Of a stretch of 64,000 nt of DNA, positions 13,540 to 27,100 are shown piece by piece. Position 1 is the first letter of the stretch. Every line of letters starts with the position of its first letter. The DNA is taken from positions 1,054,001-1,118,000 of the forward strand of contig OZ024749.1 in the NCBI GenBank assembly GCA_964016885.1. Direction: 5' to 3'. Origin of the DNA: Eledone cirrhosa. Lineage: Eukaryota. A model generated the notes under the pieces. That model saw only the letters and a list, made by a program, of their open reading frames with translations, had not been told where the DNA came from and did no database searches. The position numbers and the translations under genes are program-made.

Positions 13540-13578
<39 letters not shown>

Positions 13579-13617
13579 GATATTAACAAATGGAAACTAT
13601 ATTTATAAAACCATATT

Positions 13618-13682
13618 TATTTCATTATACATATTTCAAGGACACCAAGTTAAATTATGGTGTGCTTTCATCAGACAAAATA
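13618..13682 (-). ncRNA. Minimal type I hammerhead ribozyme candidate
   Basis: Minus strand TATTTTGT-CTGATGA-AAGCACACCA(10 nt)TGGTGTCCTT-GAAA-TA(TG)TA-TA^-ATGAAATA. Confidence 0.6.
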
Positions 13683-14469
13683 TAATATAGATCAGTTTTA
13701 TATATTTACATATATATATATGTAAATTCCCAAGTTGTGTCGGGAAGTAAACACAGTTAAAAAAAGTATTTCATACATTGGTATAGTAAAGGCATCTTTA
13801 TTATATATAGAAATTACTTCTACAGTACAAGAACTGTTAATATAATGTGTGCCAGAAAATACCAGATTTCTTTGTGATTTGAAAGTTTAGAAAAAATGGA
13901 ATAAATTATATTGTATATATAATGCAGCCCTAGAATACTGTCCTGTCCATGTCATTTACAAACTTGTAACATATTAATCACCACAATCTTGATTCCACAT
14001 TCAATTTTTTATGATGTTTATCATTTTGTGTAGAACTGTCAACAGTTAGTAGTCTGACAAAAAGAAATTGATAAAATAAGAACCTAACTTGAAAAAAATA
14101 AGTACCGGTGTCGATATAATAGACTAAATCCCTTTGAGGCCATGCCCCAGCACTCTAATGACAGGGTACAAATCTCCACTACGCACTAAAGGTAAAACAT
14201 ATATAGATATGTCTTTACACATATAAACTCCCATTGATGAGTCGTGCCCCATCATTTTATTTCTACCCAGATCTGATCAATATCGAAACGTAATATGACA
14301 ATACAGTTTGTACATCTGCTGCAACACTGATTTGCATTATTTACACACTGCACACTACAGCTGCCTTAACTCTGGAATACAACCCAAACAAGATGGACAT
14401 CATAACAGCATTGAGTGCTTCAAACGATGTGCTGCCTGTAACTAGTTACACACCTAATATATCATCATC

Positions 14470-16228
14470 ATCATCTAACGTCTATGTTCCATGCTAGCAT
14501 GGGTTAGACAGGAATTGACCCACTTGAGGCAAGATTGATCGGGTGACTGTGTCTCACGGGTACAGGACTGTCTGGCAGGTTTTCTACGGCTGGATGCCCT
14601 TCCTAACACCAACCACATTTACAGGGTGGAGTGGGAGCCTTTTTACCGTGTCTCCTACACGACCACATTACAGTGTGGCCTGTGTGTTCTTTTTTTGTCA
14701 TGACACCTACACGACATCTTTAGTGTAGACTGGATGTTGTGGTACCAACATAACTTTATAGTTGGTGTTGGTGGGAGTGGTAGGATAGGGTAGGGGTAGT
14801 GGATTGGGGTGTATATTTGGTTAAGAGGTGCCTACTGACTGTAGGTTTCGCTATGTACTTAGGGAAAGCGAGTCTATGTATTACTGCGTAGTGCCAAAGA
14901 TCTCGATCCAGTGACATTATCTTAGAGAGGTGCAAGTGTGTTAGGTCGGAATTTATCATGTCGTCCCAGGTTTTTCTGGGTCTACCTACTCCGTAACTTC
15001 CATTAATTTTGATTGCCCTGCACTTTTTTATACAGCTGTCGTCTTTCATCTGCATCACGTGACCATACCAACGTAGTCTTCTCTCGAGTAAATAGCATCT
15101 GATTCCTCTTATTCCTAATTTCTCACTTAGTTCATTTATGCTTTGCCGTTCACGTATATTACTATTACACATCCAACGGAGCATGCATGCTTCGTTCCTT
15201 TCCAGTCTGTGCAGGTCCTCTGCACGTAATGCCCATGTCTCACTGCCATGTAACATTGCTGTTTGTATACAGGCATCATACAATCTGCCTTTTATTTTTA
15301 GAGAGAAACCTTTTGTGGCCAATAGCGGTATTAGCTCTCTGAACTTTTTCCATCCTGTTCTGACTCTGGCTACTGTACTTTCAGAACACCCACCATCATT
15401 GCTGATTTTATGACCCAGGTAATGGAAAGTGTCCACTATTTCTATAGAACCATCTGGGCAGTAGAAGGAGCTAGTATCCTGTGGACACCTGCTACTTATT
15501 GCAACTGAGCATCGGCCATATATAAAATCTACATTCTTAGATAGCTTGCCTGTGATTCCACTACATCTTTTCTGTACCCATAGTCTGCATTTGGGGCATA
15601 GAATAGAATTTCTACCTACTCATTTCCTACACATTGAGCATAGCCATTTCTCAGAGGGCACCTGTACCCTATTTTCCTTTCTACATACTGGAACTTTAGT
15701 CTTTTCTTCTCTAGATCAGCCATAGATTCAGCTATGAGAGTTAGATCATCTGCATATAAAAGTTCCCACGGGCAGCTGGTCTTAAACTCCTGTTATAGGC
15801 AATAATAAACTGGAGGGGGCTAAGGGCGGAGCCTTGATGAACACCTACTTTTACGCTAAATTCTTCACTCTATTCATTGTTAATTCTAACCTTGCTGACT
15901 GTTTCTTTATACATGGCTTGTATAGCTCTCACAAGCCATTCATAAACTCCTAGTTTTCTAAGGGCCCACCAGATAATGGAGCGGGGTACTCTGTCAAAGG
16001 CTTTCTCCAAGTCAGCAAAAGCTAAGTAGAGGGGTTTACTTTTAGCTAGGTACTTCTCCTGTAGTTGGCATACAAGGAAAAGAGCATCCGTGGTACTTTT
16101 ACCTGGCACAAACCCAAACTGCATTTCATCTAGATCAATTCGGTCTCTAATTAGTTGTGCAATAACTCTTTCTGTGACCTTCATGACCTGGTCAACTAAC
16201 TTAATGCCTCTATAGTTTCCTCTCTCTA
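14470..16228 (-). mobile_element. 5'-truncated, disrupted RTE-clade LINE (reverse transcriptase plus 3' tail)
   Basis: QFGFVPGKSTTDA, DLEKAFDRV, LLYADD, YLG, LRWYGHV motifs in broken ORFs. Confidence 0.92.
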
Positions 16229-16479
16229 TATATATTGTTATATTTGGGGAGGGTCATATTATTATAATATTGCTAGAAATAATAATAAAACAGACTCACT
16301 GTTTGGTTGTGGTTGGTTTTCACTTCCGTATATTTTATATCCCTATAGTTAATTTAGCTGGCAATCAATGTTTTTAACTAACAGTTAAAAAAAATTATAT
16401 ATATATATTGAAGTATTTCCATAGGAAAAATAAAGGAAAAGAGAGTGCTCTATGTAGGCTACAGAGCTTTCTAATATCA

Positions 16480-16886
16480 AATGCTTTAATAATACTTTTG
16501 TTTTCTCTGATAAAACCAAAAATCTTTATGAAGTCAATAACAATTTGTACAACCAACTTTTAACAGATAGTAATATCAAAAAGCTAGTATTACTACTTAT
16601 AATACCATAAATAAAGAAGCTAAAGCTCTAGCTAGTATTTTAAAAGTTGATAACTGAACTGAAAGCCTAGGAAAACGTAAAGAATATATTACCCTTAAAG
16701 ACCATAAATCAGACTTTATCAATCGATCTAGTTGTAGACTAATCAACCCTGCTAAATCTGAAATCGGTCTTGTGAGTAAAAAAATCCTAAGAAATATAAT
16801 ACTTCAAATAAGAATTAAGACTGAATTATTCCAATGGTTAAATACTTCCTCTGTTATATCATGGTTTAATAATATACAAGATAAAA
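16480..16886 (+). mobile_element. Penelope-like (Naiad-like) RT N-terminal fragment
   Basis: Hand translation TLKDHKSDF..CRLINPAKSEIG...QWLNTSSVISWFNNI, homologous to ORF 37889-38440. Confidence 0.75.
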
Positions 16887-17184
16887 GTAGAAATCAAGCC
16901 AGGATCAGTTCCTGTCCCATCCTTGCAAGCAGGGAAAAGCGGACGTAAAATGATGATGATGATGGTTATGTGTATGTTCGGGGATGTGTATGTAGATATG
17001 TGTGTGTATGTATGTATGTATATATGCAATTGTATGTATGAATGTGTATATATATATGTACACATATATATATGTGTCTATGTATTTGTGTATGTATGCA
17101 TATGCGTGTGAAAATGTTTGCTTTTATGTCTTCATATGTACGTGTGTGTGTGTGTGCGTGCGTGCGTGTGTGTGTGTATGTGGC

Positions 17185-19000
17185 AGTTACAGTGGCTATC
17201 TCGAAGCTGAACAGTGGAAGGTCTCCAGGTATGGATGGCATACATGCTGAGCTCCTACAATATGGGGGTGAGAGACTCCTGCAACATCTTCACTCTTTGT
17301 TTGGCAGGATATGGCATAATGAATCCGAACCTGAGGACTGGAGAGATGCAGTAATGGTGGTCTTGTACAAGGGAAAGGGTAACAGGAATGATTGTGGGAA
17401 CTACAGAGGTATGTCATTGCTTTCTGTCGTAGGGAAAGTTTTATGTAGGGTGCTTCTGGACCGTCTGCTGGCACACATTGTAGATTGTGTTCTTCCTGAA
17501 AGTCAATCTGGTTTTCGTGCTGGACGTGGCACTACTGATATGATCTTCTCAGCTAGACAGCTCCAGAAGAAGTGCATGGAACAAGGTTTGGATCTGACAA
17601 AATCTTTTGATACTAGGTCTTTCCATGACGACATGAAGGCTTGGGTTAATGTTGGAGGTAACATGTCGGAGCCAATCTTAGTAAACAATGGAGTGAAATA
17701 GGGGGATATTCCAGCACCGACCCTGTTTGCCATATACTTTGCAATGGTTTTCTATATTGCATATTGCATTCAGGAATTGCGAGCATGGTGTTTACATCTG
17801 ATATCGAACCTCAGGCAGCATATTTAACATCAGGTGCTTTGCTGCAAAAACAAAAGTATTTACATCAATCATAAGAGACCTCTTGTATGCAGATGATTGC
17901 GATCTTGTAGCGCACACAGAGAGTGATATGCAGCACATTTTGAATGCATTTTCTGATGCTTGCACTGCCCTAGGATTGACTGTCAGTCTCAAGAAAACCG
18001 TCATCATGTACCAACCTGCCCCTGGTAAGCAGTACAGTGAGCCAAATATCTATGTGTATAGTAAACGACTTGGAGTGGTTGATCAGTTTGTCTACCTGGG
18101 AAGCACTGTCAATCGATACAGCAACCTTGATAATGAAATCCCACTCAGGATTAGGAAAGCAAGTGATGCTTTCGGAAAACTAGAAAGGCGACTCTGGGGT
18201 CGGCGAGACATATGCAGGAAGACAAAAGTAAAGGTGTACAAGGCATGTGTGCTCTCTTCTCTTCTTTATGCCTGCGAGACACATATCGACACCAACTTAA
18301 GCAACTGGAGCGTTTCCATCAGATGTGTGTCAGATGGATCCATGGCGTTCACTGGAGGGACCACATCAGTGATGTCGAGATTTTGGAAAGCTGTCTGTGT
18401 GACAGTATAGAAGCTCTTATGCTTAAGCAAAGACTCCGATGGAGTGGTCACCTTGCCAGGATGAAGGATTCTAGAATACCAAAACAACTCTTTTATGGAG
18501 AGTTAGTTAAAGGAAAACAACCTCCACATAAACCAAAAAAGAGGTATAAGGATTCCTTAAAAGCCTCTTTGAAAGACGCTAACATCTCTGCTGATACATG
18601 GGAAAATGTTGCTGCTGATCGTAATAAATGGAGAAAGACTGTATATGAGGAAGGGCATTGCTGTTGCACTTCTAGACGGCGAGAGTCCTCCTATGGTGCT
18701 GACATGCAGCGTCTGTGCGAGACTCTGCCTAAGCAAAGCTGGACTCGAAAGTCATCTTCGCAGTCATAAAGTAAGACCAGTGGTTGAGTACCAGGCTGCT
18801 GTTGGAGATGCTACTCATCATGCTTACGAAACATGTGGTAGAGAATGTAAATCAGCAGGAGGGCTCAAACGACATGCAAAAGTACATGAACTCCAACCAC
18901 AGCCGGCTATTCCCAGTGAATGTCTTGGTTGCCGACTCTGTGCAAGACATTTTAGATCATTGGCTGGGCTAAAAAGGCACATTCGATCGCAGCACTGTTA
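17185..19000 (+). mobile_element. RTE/BovB-like LINE remnant with C-terminal C2H2 zinc fingers
   Basis: LYKGKGNRNDCGNYRGMSLL, ESQSGFRAGRGTTDMIF, YADD, LRWSGHL, terminal CxxC..HxxxH repeats; frameshifted. Confidence 0.92.
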
Positions 19001-19046
19001 GTTGCTATTGTGTGTGTGTGTGTGTGTGTGTGTATAGATATGTTTA

Positions 19047-19077
<31 letters not shown>

Positions 19078-19082
19078 ATATT

Positions 19083-19265
19083 ATTGGCAGTATCGGTAGA
19101 GAGTCGAACGCCATGCTTTCCAGCATAGTTACGGCCCTTTACGGTTCGAGTTCAAATCCCGCCGAGGTTCACTTTGCCTTTCATTCTTATGGGGTCGATA
19201 AAATAAAGTACCAGTAATGCACTGGGTAATTGCTGGCTTTGTGCCAAAAAAGTAGAAACAATTAT
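19083..19265 (+). mobile_element. SINE family A
   Basis: High similarity to 9077-9260. Confidence 0.85.
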
Positions 19266-19379
19266 TATTATTGTTGTTGTTGTCATTATTATTATTATTG
19301 TTATTATTATGGTTTTTTTTTTCTCCTTGTGCAATGGCCATACTCGATAAGGAGGGGGCAGCCATCATATATATATCTA

Positions 19380-19675
19380 TCATCATCATCATTTCATTTT
19401 ACGTCCGCTTTTTCACTGCTTGCAAGGGTGGGACGGGAACTGATTCTGGCTTGATTTCTACAGCTGGATGCCCTTCCTAACACCAACCTTATTTACAGTG
19501 TGGGCTGGGTGCTTTTTTGCCGTGGCACCTCCATGACCACTTTATAGTGGAATGATAGGGACCCCAGTCCCTATCATCTCATTTCTACAGCTGAGTAAAC
19601 TGGAGCAATGTGAAATAAAGTGTCTTGCTCAAGGAAACAACACATCACCCGGTCTGAGAATTGAACTCACAACCT
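19380..19675 (-). mobile_element. SINE family B (5'-truncated)
   Basis: Reverse complement of 12350-12640. Confidence 0.88.
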
Positions 19676-19719
19676 TATATATATACTTTTTCTTATGTGT
19701 GTGTGTATACATATATATT

Positions 19720-20330
19720 TATACGTGAACGGCAAAGCATAAACGAACTAAGGGAGAAATTAGGAATAAGAGGGATCAGATGTTGTTTACTCGAGAGAAG
19801 ACTACGTTGGTATGGTCATGTGGTGCGCATGAAAGACGACAGCTGTATAACAAAGTGCAGGGTGATAAAAATAGACAGTAGCCACGGAGTAGGCAGACCC
19901 AGAAAAACCTGGGACGACTTGATAAATTCCGACCTCACACACTTACACCTCTCCAAGACAATGTCACTGGACCGAGATCTTTGGCGCTACACAGTTATAC
20001 AGAAGACCCGCCTTGCCTAAGTACAAAGTGAAACCTACAGTCAGTAGGCACCTCTAACAAAATACACCCCCGTCCCACTACCCCCACCCCATCCGCACCA
20101 CCCCCATAAATGTGAAGTTATGTTGGTACCACAACATCCAGTCCGAAACAAATGAGGCCGTGTAGGTGTCACGACAATAAAACACAGTCCACGCTGTAAT
20201 GTGGCCGTGTAGGTAACACGGTAAAAACCTCCCAGTCCACACTGTAAACGTGGTTGGTGTTAGGAAGGGCATCCAGCCGTAGAAAACCCGCCAGAGAGTC
20301 CTGAACAAGACAACCAATCTTGCCTCAAAT
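19720..20330 (+). mobile_element. RTE LINE 3' end with tail
   Basis: RLRWYGHV...GRPRKTW; inverted relative of 14470-15160 and 40850-41515. Confidence 0.9.
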
Positions 20331-20363
20331 TGAAATTCATATCTCACTTCCATTTTAATAAAA

Positions 20364-20421
20364 TTCATTCTGATGATTGAATGCCAGCTCATCTGTCTTC
20401 ATGAAACCTTTGGTAAATGAA
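20364..20421 (+). ncRNA. Type I hammerhead ribozyme candidate
   Basis: TTCATT-CTGATGA-T.TGAA...TTCA.T-GAAA-CC(TTT)GG-TA^-AATGAA. Confidence 0.7.
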
Positions 20422-20874
20422 ATAATTATCTTATGTTGTTTATTACATAAATAAATATATATATAGCCTCTCAAAGTTCTTTCGTCAAACACCTGTGACA
20501 TGATCAGTGGTACTATTATGTTTCACCAAACAGTGAGTGTGTTTTATTATTATTTCTGGCAATATTGTAATATGACCCTCCCCAAATATAAGAATATTTT
20601 TTCCACACACGATTTCATATCAAAAACCTTGCAAAACAAATTCATCACCATCATATATTAGAGAAATGATTGCCACAGGACTAGAACTGTTTTATTTGTA
20701 TGAAATCATCATGAATGAAAGAGTTCTTGCCCTGCTCAATTTTAAAGGGTTCCTATTGAAATTAAAATCTTTCTACATAGCTTAATATAAGAACTTTTTG
20801 CTGGGTTACACATCTCTTAATATTTAGATAATATAGAATTTGGAGGGATTTACTAATATTATTAACCCTTTAGT

Positions 20875-21063
20875 GGGCGGTGGATTGGCAGTATCGGTAG
20901 AGGGTCGGACGCCATGCTTTCCAGCATAGTTACGTCCCTTTACGATCCGAGTTCAAATCCTGCCGAGGTTGACTTTGCCTTTCATCCTTACGGGGTCGAT
21001 AAAATAAAGTACCAGTAATGCACTGGGTAATTGCTGGCCTTGTGCCTAAAGTAGAAACAATTA
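20875..21063 (+). mobile_element. SINE family A
   Basis: Full head and core as in 9077. Confidence 0.85.
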
Positions 21064-21067
21064 TTAA

Positions 21068-21275
21068 CCCTTTAGCATTTAAACCAGCCATATCCGGCCA
21101 TAATTCTCTCACCTCTTTCTGTTCAAACTGGCTGTAACCAACTGCTCATACTGATGTTAAGGTTTTATTCTCAAAATAAATAACATCAAAATCTCATAGA
21201 TTTGATATTATGTGAGGTAAAGCCTTTACCATGAAAATACAACAGTATATATAAAGTAATGTAAATGTTAAAGGG
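21068..21275. mobile_element. piggyBac-type MITE
   Basis: TTAA|CCCTTTAGCATTTA...TAAATGTTAAAGGG|TTAA; copies at 45940 and 46292. Confidence 0.8.
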
Positions 21276-22119
21276 TTAATTCAAATACGGTATATTTCAT
21301 AAGTAATGTGGTCATGGAAAGGTTAAGCATACCATATGTATCACTGCATTGACACAAAATATACCATTATTTGACAAAGATAGAGGAAACTACACATATA
21401 TATATAAAGGATGTAGTTATTGGATAAATATGCAAGTAAATATACATTTATATACTTAAATATACAGTTATTTGATGAAGAGGGAAATATATAGTTATAT
21501 ACAGATATTTGATGAAGAGGGAAATATACAGTTATATACATAAATATACATGCCAAAAACTGGAATGTATAGAAGCAAGATGTGGGAGGACAGTACTAAT
21601 GATAAAATACTGACTTGGTCTGTGACAACCTGTCTAACCAATGCCATTATGGATGTTAAATGATGATACAGTTATTTTATAAAAATGGAAGTAAATATAC
21701 ACTTGTTAGATTATGATATTAAACCGTTCTCTGATGCCATCTGTAATTTTCGATTTCCAAACCTTTTCTTCCAAAACAACATTTCACGTAAATTCATGTA
21801 TATCTATTGTATGTCACTCAAATCAATCACTTATCTCACCATTTCCCTACCACACACCACCTTAGACTCATTGATCAAAAACCCATTACCTGCAGCAGTA
21901 ACTGCTGCTACTACTGCTATTATCTTTCATATTCTTCTTGGAGAATTTTTGCTTATTATTAAGGATGGGCTGAAATGATTGAGCTACCCTGAATATAAAT
22001 ATGAATCCATGCGTTCCCAGGTGACGATGCGAACATTCTTTATTTCAGATACAGAAAGTATACACCCACCCCAACTCCACAAATATCCTCCCTTCTCCAC
22101 CATTGATTAGCAAATGCCT

Positions 22120-24110
22120 AAAATTCCGAATTGGTACCATCAATGTGAGCACAATGAAAGGAAGAAGAGTAGAAATTGTTAGAGCAGAAGAAAATTGATG
22201 TATGCTGTGTGCAAGAGAGTAGATGGGGAGGAGGGTCAGCTAGACTCCTTGTAGGCAAAAACCAGTGCTACAAATTTTTCTGGGTGGTAAATGACAACTG
22301 GCTGGGTGGAGTAGGTATTTTATTAGCTGATTAATAGGTAGATAAGGTAATCTCAGACTAGTCCTGAATAAAACAATGACCACAATTAAACTGCACATGC
22401 ACCCCAATCTGGGTAGTCAGACGAACTTAAGGCTGGGTTTAACGAATCCCTAATGCACACTGCTACTCTAACGAATGATAGTGATTTCCTAATCATCACT
22501 GGGGACTTTAATGGACATGTTAGAAAACACTGTGACGGCTTCCACAGAGTCCATGAAGGCCACAGGTTTGGTGCAAGAAATGAAGAAGGTTTCAGGCTTC
22601 TAGAATTCTTCAATGCCAATGACATGTCGATAAGTAACACACACTTAAAAAAACCTGACAACCATCTGATCACCTATAGATCATGGGAGCATTCTAGTCA
22701 GATAGATTCCATTCTTATCAGAAGATGAGATAGATGGACAGTTGTAAACACAAAAGCCTTCCCTGTTGAGGAATGCACCTCCCAACATAATCTAGTAGTT
22801 AGCAAACCTCATTGTCAGAGCTAGACAAACTTGGAAACAGAAAGTAACCTGGAAAAGAAAGACATGGAAGTTGAAAGAGCTTTCAGCCAATTTAGAGATA
22901 TTTTACTTGACACCTTTGAGAGTAAAGAAGATCTAATGGAGACGTTCAATATAGAAGAGCTTGGGAGTTCCTGAAGGCAACAGACGAGATGTGTGGATGG
23001 AGCAGGGCTACAGAGAGAAGGAGAGTGACTTGGTGGTCAAACAACAAGGTAGGTGATACAATTAAGGCTAAGAAACAGGCATGAAAAAATGTAAGAATGG
23101 GGGGGAAGCAGGATACACTACATAGAGGCCAGGAGGGAAGCTAGATGACCAGTATACTTAACAGAGGATAAAAAATTCAAGCATGTTTTGCAGTACAAGG
23201 ACTAGAAACAGGAAGCGTTCAGGATTGCATGGTAGTGCATTAGAGAAAATTACAATGTCATTGGTGAGAAGTGATGATAAAGGCCAGCTTGCCCTCACAG
23301 ACACTGAGAAGAAAGTAGCATGGAACAGCCATTATGAAAGATTACTCATTGAGGAGAATGCATGGGAGGAAGAGACCCTACTAGAGGGTGTCATACTGAA
23401 TGATTGGTGCAGCAGCATCATTGTCAACTGTTACAAGGGTAAAAGAGATGCACTAGATAGAGGGAACTAAAGAGGTATAAAGCTGATGGACCAGGTCATG
23501 AAAGTAACAGAAAGAGTTATAGTACAGCTGATCAGGGACCGAGTAAATCTGGATGAGATGCAGTTTGGATTTGTGCCAGGCAGACGCACCACAGATGCTC
23601 TCTTCCTTGTGAGGCAGCTACAAGAAAAGTACCTAGCTAAAAGTAAGCCACTCTACCTGGCGTTTGTTGATCTTGAGAAAGCTTTTGACAGAGTGCCCCG
23701 TGACATAATCTGGTGGGCTCTTAGAAAACTAGGAGTAGAAAAGTGGCTTATGAAGGCTGTACAAGCCATGTATAGGGGAGCAGTCAACAAAGTTAAGATT
23801 AACGATGACTATTGCGAGGAATTAAACGTACAGGTTGGCATCAACCAGGGCTTTGTTCTTAGCCCTCTCCTGTGTGCAGATGCAGTGTACAAAAGAGGAG
23901 ATTGCATTGATATGGATATGTGATGCATATGAAAGATGACAGCCGTTTGCTGTTTAAAAGATGCAGAGTGCTAAAAGTTGATAGTAGCCAGGGAGTGAGC
24001 AGGCCTAGGAAGACTTGGGACGAGGTGATAAAAGCTGACTTTGCATGATTGCACCTCTCAAAGGCGATCTTTGGCATTATGCAGTAATAAAGAAGACTTG
24101 CTTTCCTGTG
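22120..24110 (+). mobile_element. Heavily decayed RTE LINE (APE endonuclease plus RT)
   Basis: GDFNGHV, SQIDSIL, NCYKGK, QFGFVPG, DLEKAFD in short broken ORFs. Confidence 0.88.
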
Positions 24111-27100
24111 AGTACAGGTTGAAGTATACATATAGTATTCATCTCCATACACCTCCCATGGGCACAGTCTGAAGCATTCATCTGGTATGCACCACCTGCA
24201 CCTTCATCCCTCCTACATGCTAAAACTCCCTCCCCAATCTCTTTCCCACCAAAACCGCCAGCCCACACTGTAAAGTGGTTAGTACCCAGCCTACACTGTA
24301 AATGTTGTCATGTAGGTGTCACAACAAAAAACACCCAGTACTCACAGTAAATGTGGTTCGTGTTAGGCATGCAGCTGTAGTAACTAAGCCAAAATTGGTT
24401 TTGACTTGCCTCAAATAGGACAACCCGTCAAACCCATGCTAGCATGGAAAATGGGTGTATGATGATGATGTTACATAAATAAACAGTTGTTTGATAAAGA
24501 AAGAAGCTTTATATGAGGACGAAGAAACTATTGGCTTTAGTGGACTATAAAAAATATTTATTTCGCAAACTGAGGTGAACTGATGGAATCACAATGTAAG
24601 CAGGTAGATGACTTTATATAAACATGATAGGTGTTTAAAGAGGACAGCTATTCCATATTTAGTGGAAATGAAGCTCCTTCAGTTCTAATGATGAGTGTTC
24701 CAGTTGATCGATTAACGTGTGACATTAACATACAAGTGCAGTCTGTAAAATGATTGGCCATAGAAAACCTGCCAAATATAGGGTCTGGAGGACTCTTCAG
24801 CTGTGTCAAGGACATGACACCTTCCCTTGTGTTAGTACCATGATAAAATATGCTGAGTAGATCATGGGATCATATGTTGCCCCATCTCATTCACTAAAAG
24901 GTCAGTGACTCTGCCTGAGTACTGACCAGTCTGTGATGACACGTCCAGCCCTTGTTAAAAGGCAAAACCAGTGTTTAACAAACACACACACACACACATC
25001 TGTACATATGACAGGCATCCACATAGTTTTCATCTACCAAAATTCACTCACAATGTCAATGTTAATCTGTAGTAGAAAACATTTGACCAAGGTGCTACTA
25101 AGTGGGACTGAACCTAAAATAAGAACATTTTATTTTTGCATCAAATAAAGTTCAAGAAAAAAATGTAACAAGTAAGATGGTTAGATAACATCTATAAGCT
25201 GAGTTAGTGTTGCTTGGAGATCCAGCCAGATCAACTGAAGATAGTTGCTTTTGTTAGGACATGTCTGATTGACATCATCACTCTCTCAGGAATAAGTAGA
25301 AGCTTCTCTGTGTTTGTTTAGAAAAGGTCATTTTAAAAGATGCTTCAGTCAGTAAACTCTAGATTCAACAAAAATTTTATAAAATCTGTTGAAGTTGATT
25401 TAATTATATAAAGATCTATATATGGTTCTGATTTAAATAGATTTTTTTCATAAGACATATACAATTCAAAGTTATATGTAATATGATAAAATTAATGCTA
25501 TCACATTTTCTCATTTTCACAAAGTTTTCAATGCAATGGAAAACTGCAATAAAATTTCTATAATAATAACTGTATTAGATTTTTTTATCCGTCTGCCACA
25601 CAAAAACTAAGCCCCTCCAAATACTTGAGTATTTTCAAAATTAATTGAAACACACAGAATGTAAATAAAAACCAAATGATATATAAGCAACAATTTGCTG
25701 ATATTTCGAGTGAAGTATTAACCTTCATTCAATAGAAGCCTTTGATTGAACAAAATCTTTATTTTTGAAATTAAATACAGAATATTTAAAATTGACAAAT
25801 TTCAACATGGTTTTAGTATTATCTAACCTTTTCTTATATTTATAATGAAAGAAACAAGCAATTTTGAAAATAACCAAGAATTTGAAGAGATCTAGTAATA
25901 TAACTTTCACATTATTAAGCTGGTGTCTGCAGCATAACTCAGAAGTTCCTACATAAAATTAGATAGACACACTTTAACCATTTCATTACCATATTTGTAA
26001 TGAAATGCACTGCCAATGCTTTTCAAATCATTTTGAAAATAATAAAGAATTTGGAGGGATTTTGCAATACAACTAATTTTCTCACTATTAAGCTGATGTT
26101 TGCAGCATAACTTAAAATTATGATGGAAGATTTTTAGATAAATATAAATACTGTAAAACTAAGTTTTATATTGCAGAATGAGGTGTAGTATCAAAAGTGA
26201 TGAAGGTTCACAATATTGCAGGCCCCATGACAAATTTTACCATACACCTCATGGGGTCTTTCCACTTTTCAGAGGGAACACAGTATAACTGTGTGGTTAA
26301 GAGGTTTGCTTCACAATTATTAAGTCCTCGATTCAATCCTACTGCATGGAATCTTAAGCAAGTATCAGTTACCATAACCTCAACTCGATCCATGCTTTGC
26401 ATATGAAACTGTTTGGAAGTCCATCGGATGGATTCTACCAGCCTTGTTACACATGATGAATCTCTCTGAGAATTACTTTAAAGATCTATGGAATGCTCAG
26501 TCACTTACGTGTTGATTTCATGAGCAGGTTGTCCAGTTGATCAAGATGGAGGTCCATTGACATGCAGTCCTTTTTGAAGCAATGTTTTACAGCTGGATGT
26601 CTGTCCTGGATTGACCCCTTTTTAAATGCCTCTTATAATATTCAGGACAGATTTTAAAGTGGCTACTTACAGTATATTACAAATATGTACATCATAATCT
26701 TAAAATGCAAGTTAAATAAAACAAGTATAAATAAAGCAGTAAAACAACATCAACAGTTGATAATAGCTGGAGTTGCAGCAAAAACTGGGTTAACTGAAGA
26801 AAACCAAATAGAGATACAAAACTGAATCCAGACGTTTCAACACACTTTTAGTAAGACTGTTTAAATTAGGAAAATGATTTGAATTCCACAGGTAGGTCTT
26901 CTACTTGAAAGGTGCAGATTATTTGGTCAACAGGTTAACTTCAAACAACTAGTTTTCTCATTAGTTTGGCAGGTGACTGAATGTACCAATAGAGTAATTT
27001 CTCCTTAATACAGTACGAAGGGAAGCAATTCATTAAACACAGCTTCAAGAAGGTTAATTACATTGGTGGCTTTAACAGGCTTCTTGAAAGTTGTACAGAA

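Noticed and set aside
14234-14300. TTGATGA...CGAAACG hammerhead-like motif
   Set aside because: Stems II and III do not pair convincingly.
18606-19001. Host C2H2 zinc-finger gene
   Set aside because: Contiguous with and part of the RTE/BovB ORF end; duplicated with the element at 36150.
3727-21063. Back-splicing of the Rab6 exon driven by inverted family A SINEs on either side
   Set aside because: A 59-nt single exon is very small for a circRNA, and the SINE pairs are short, diverged and distant.
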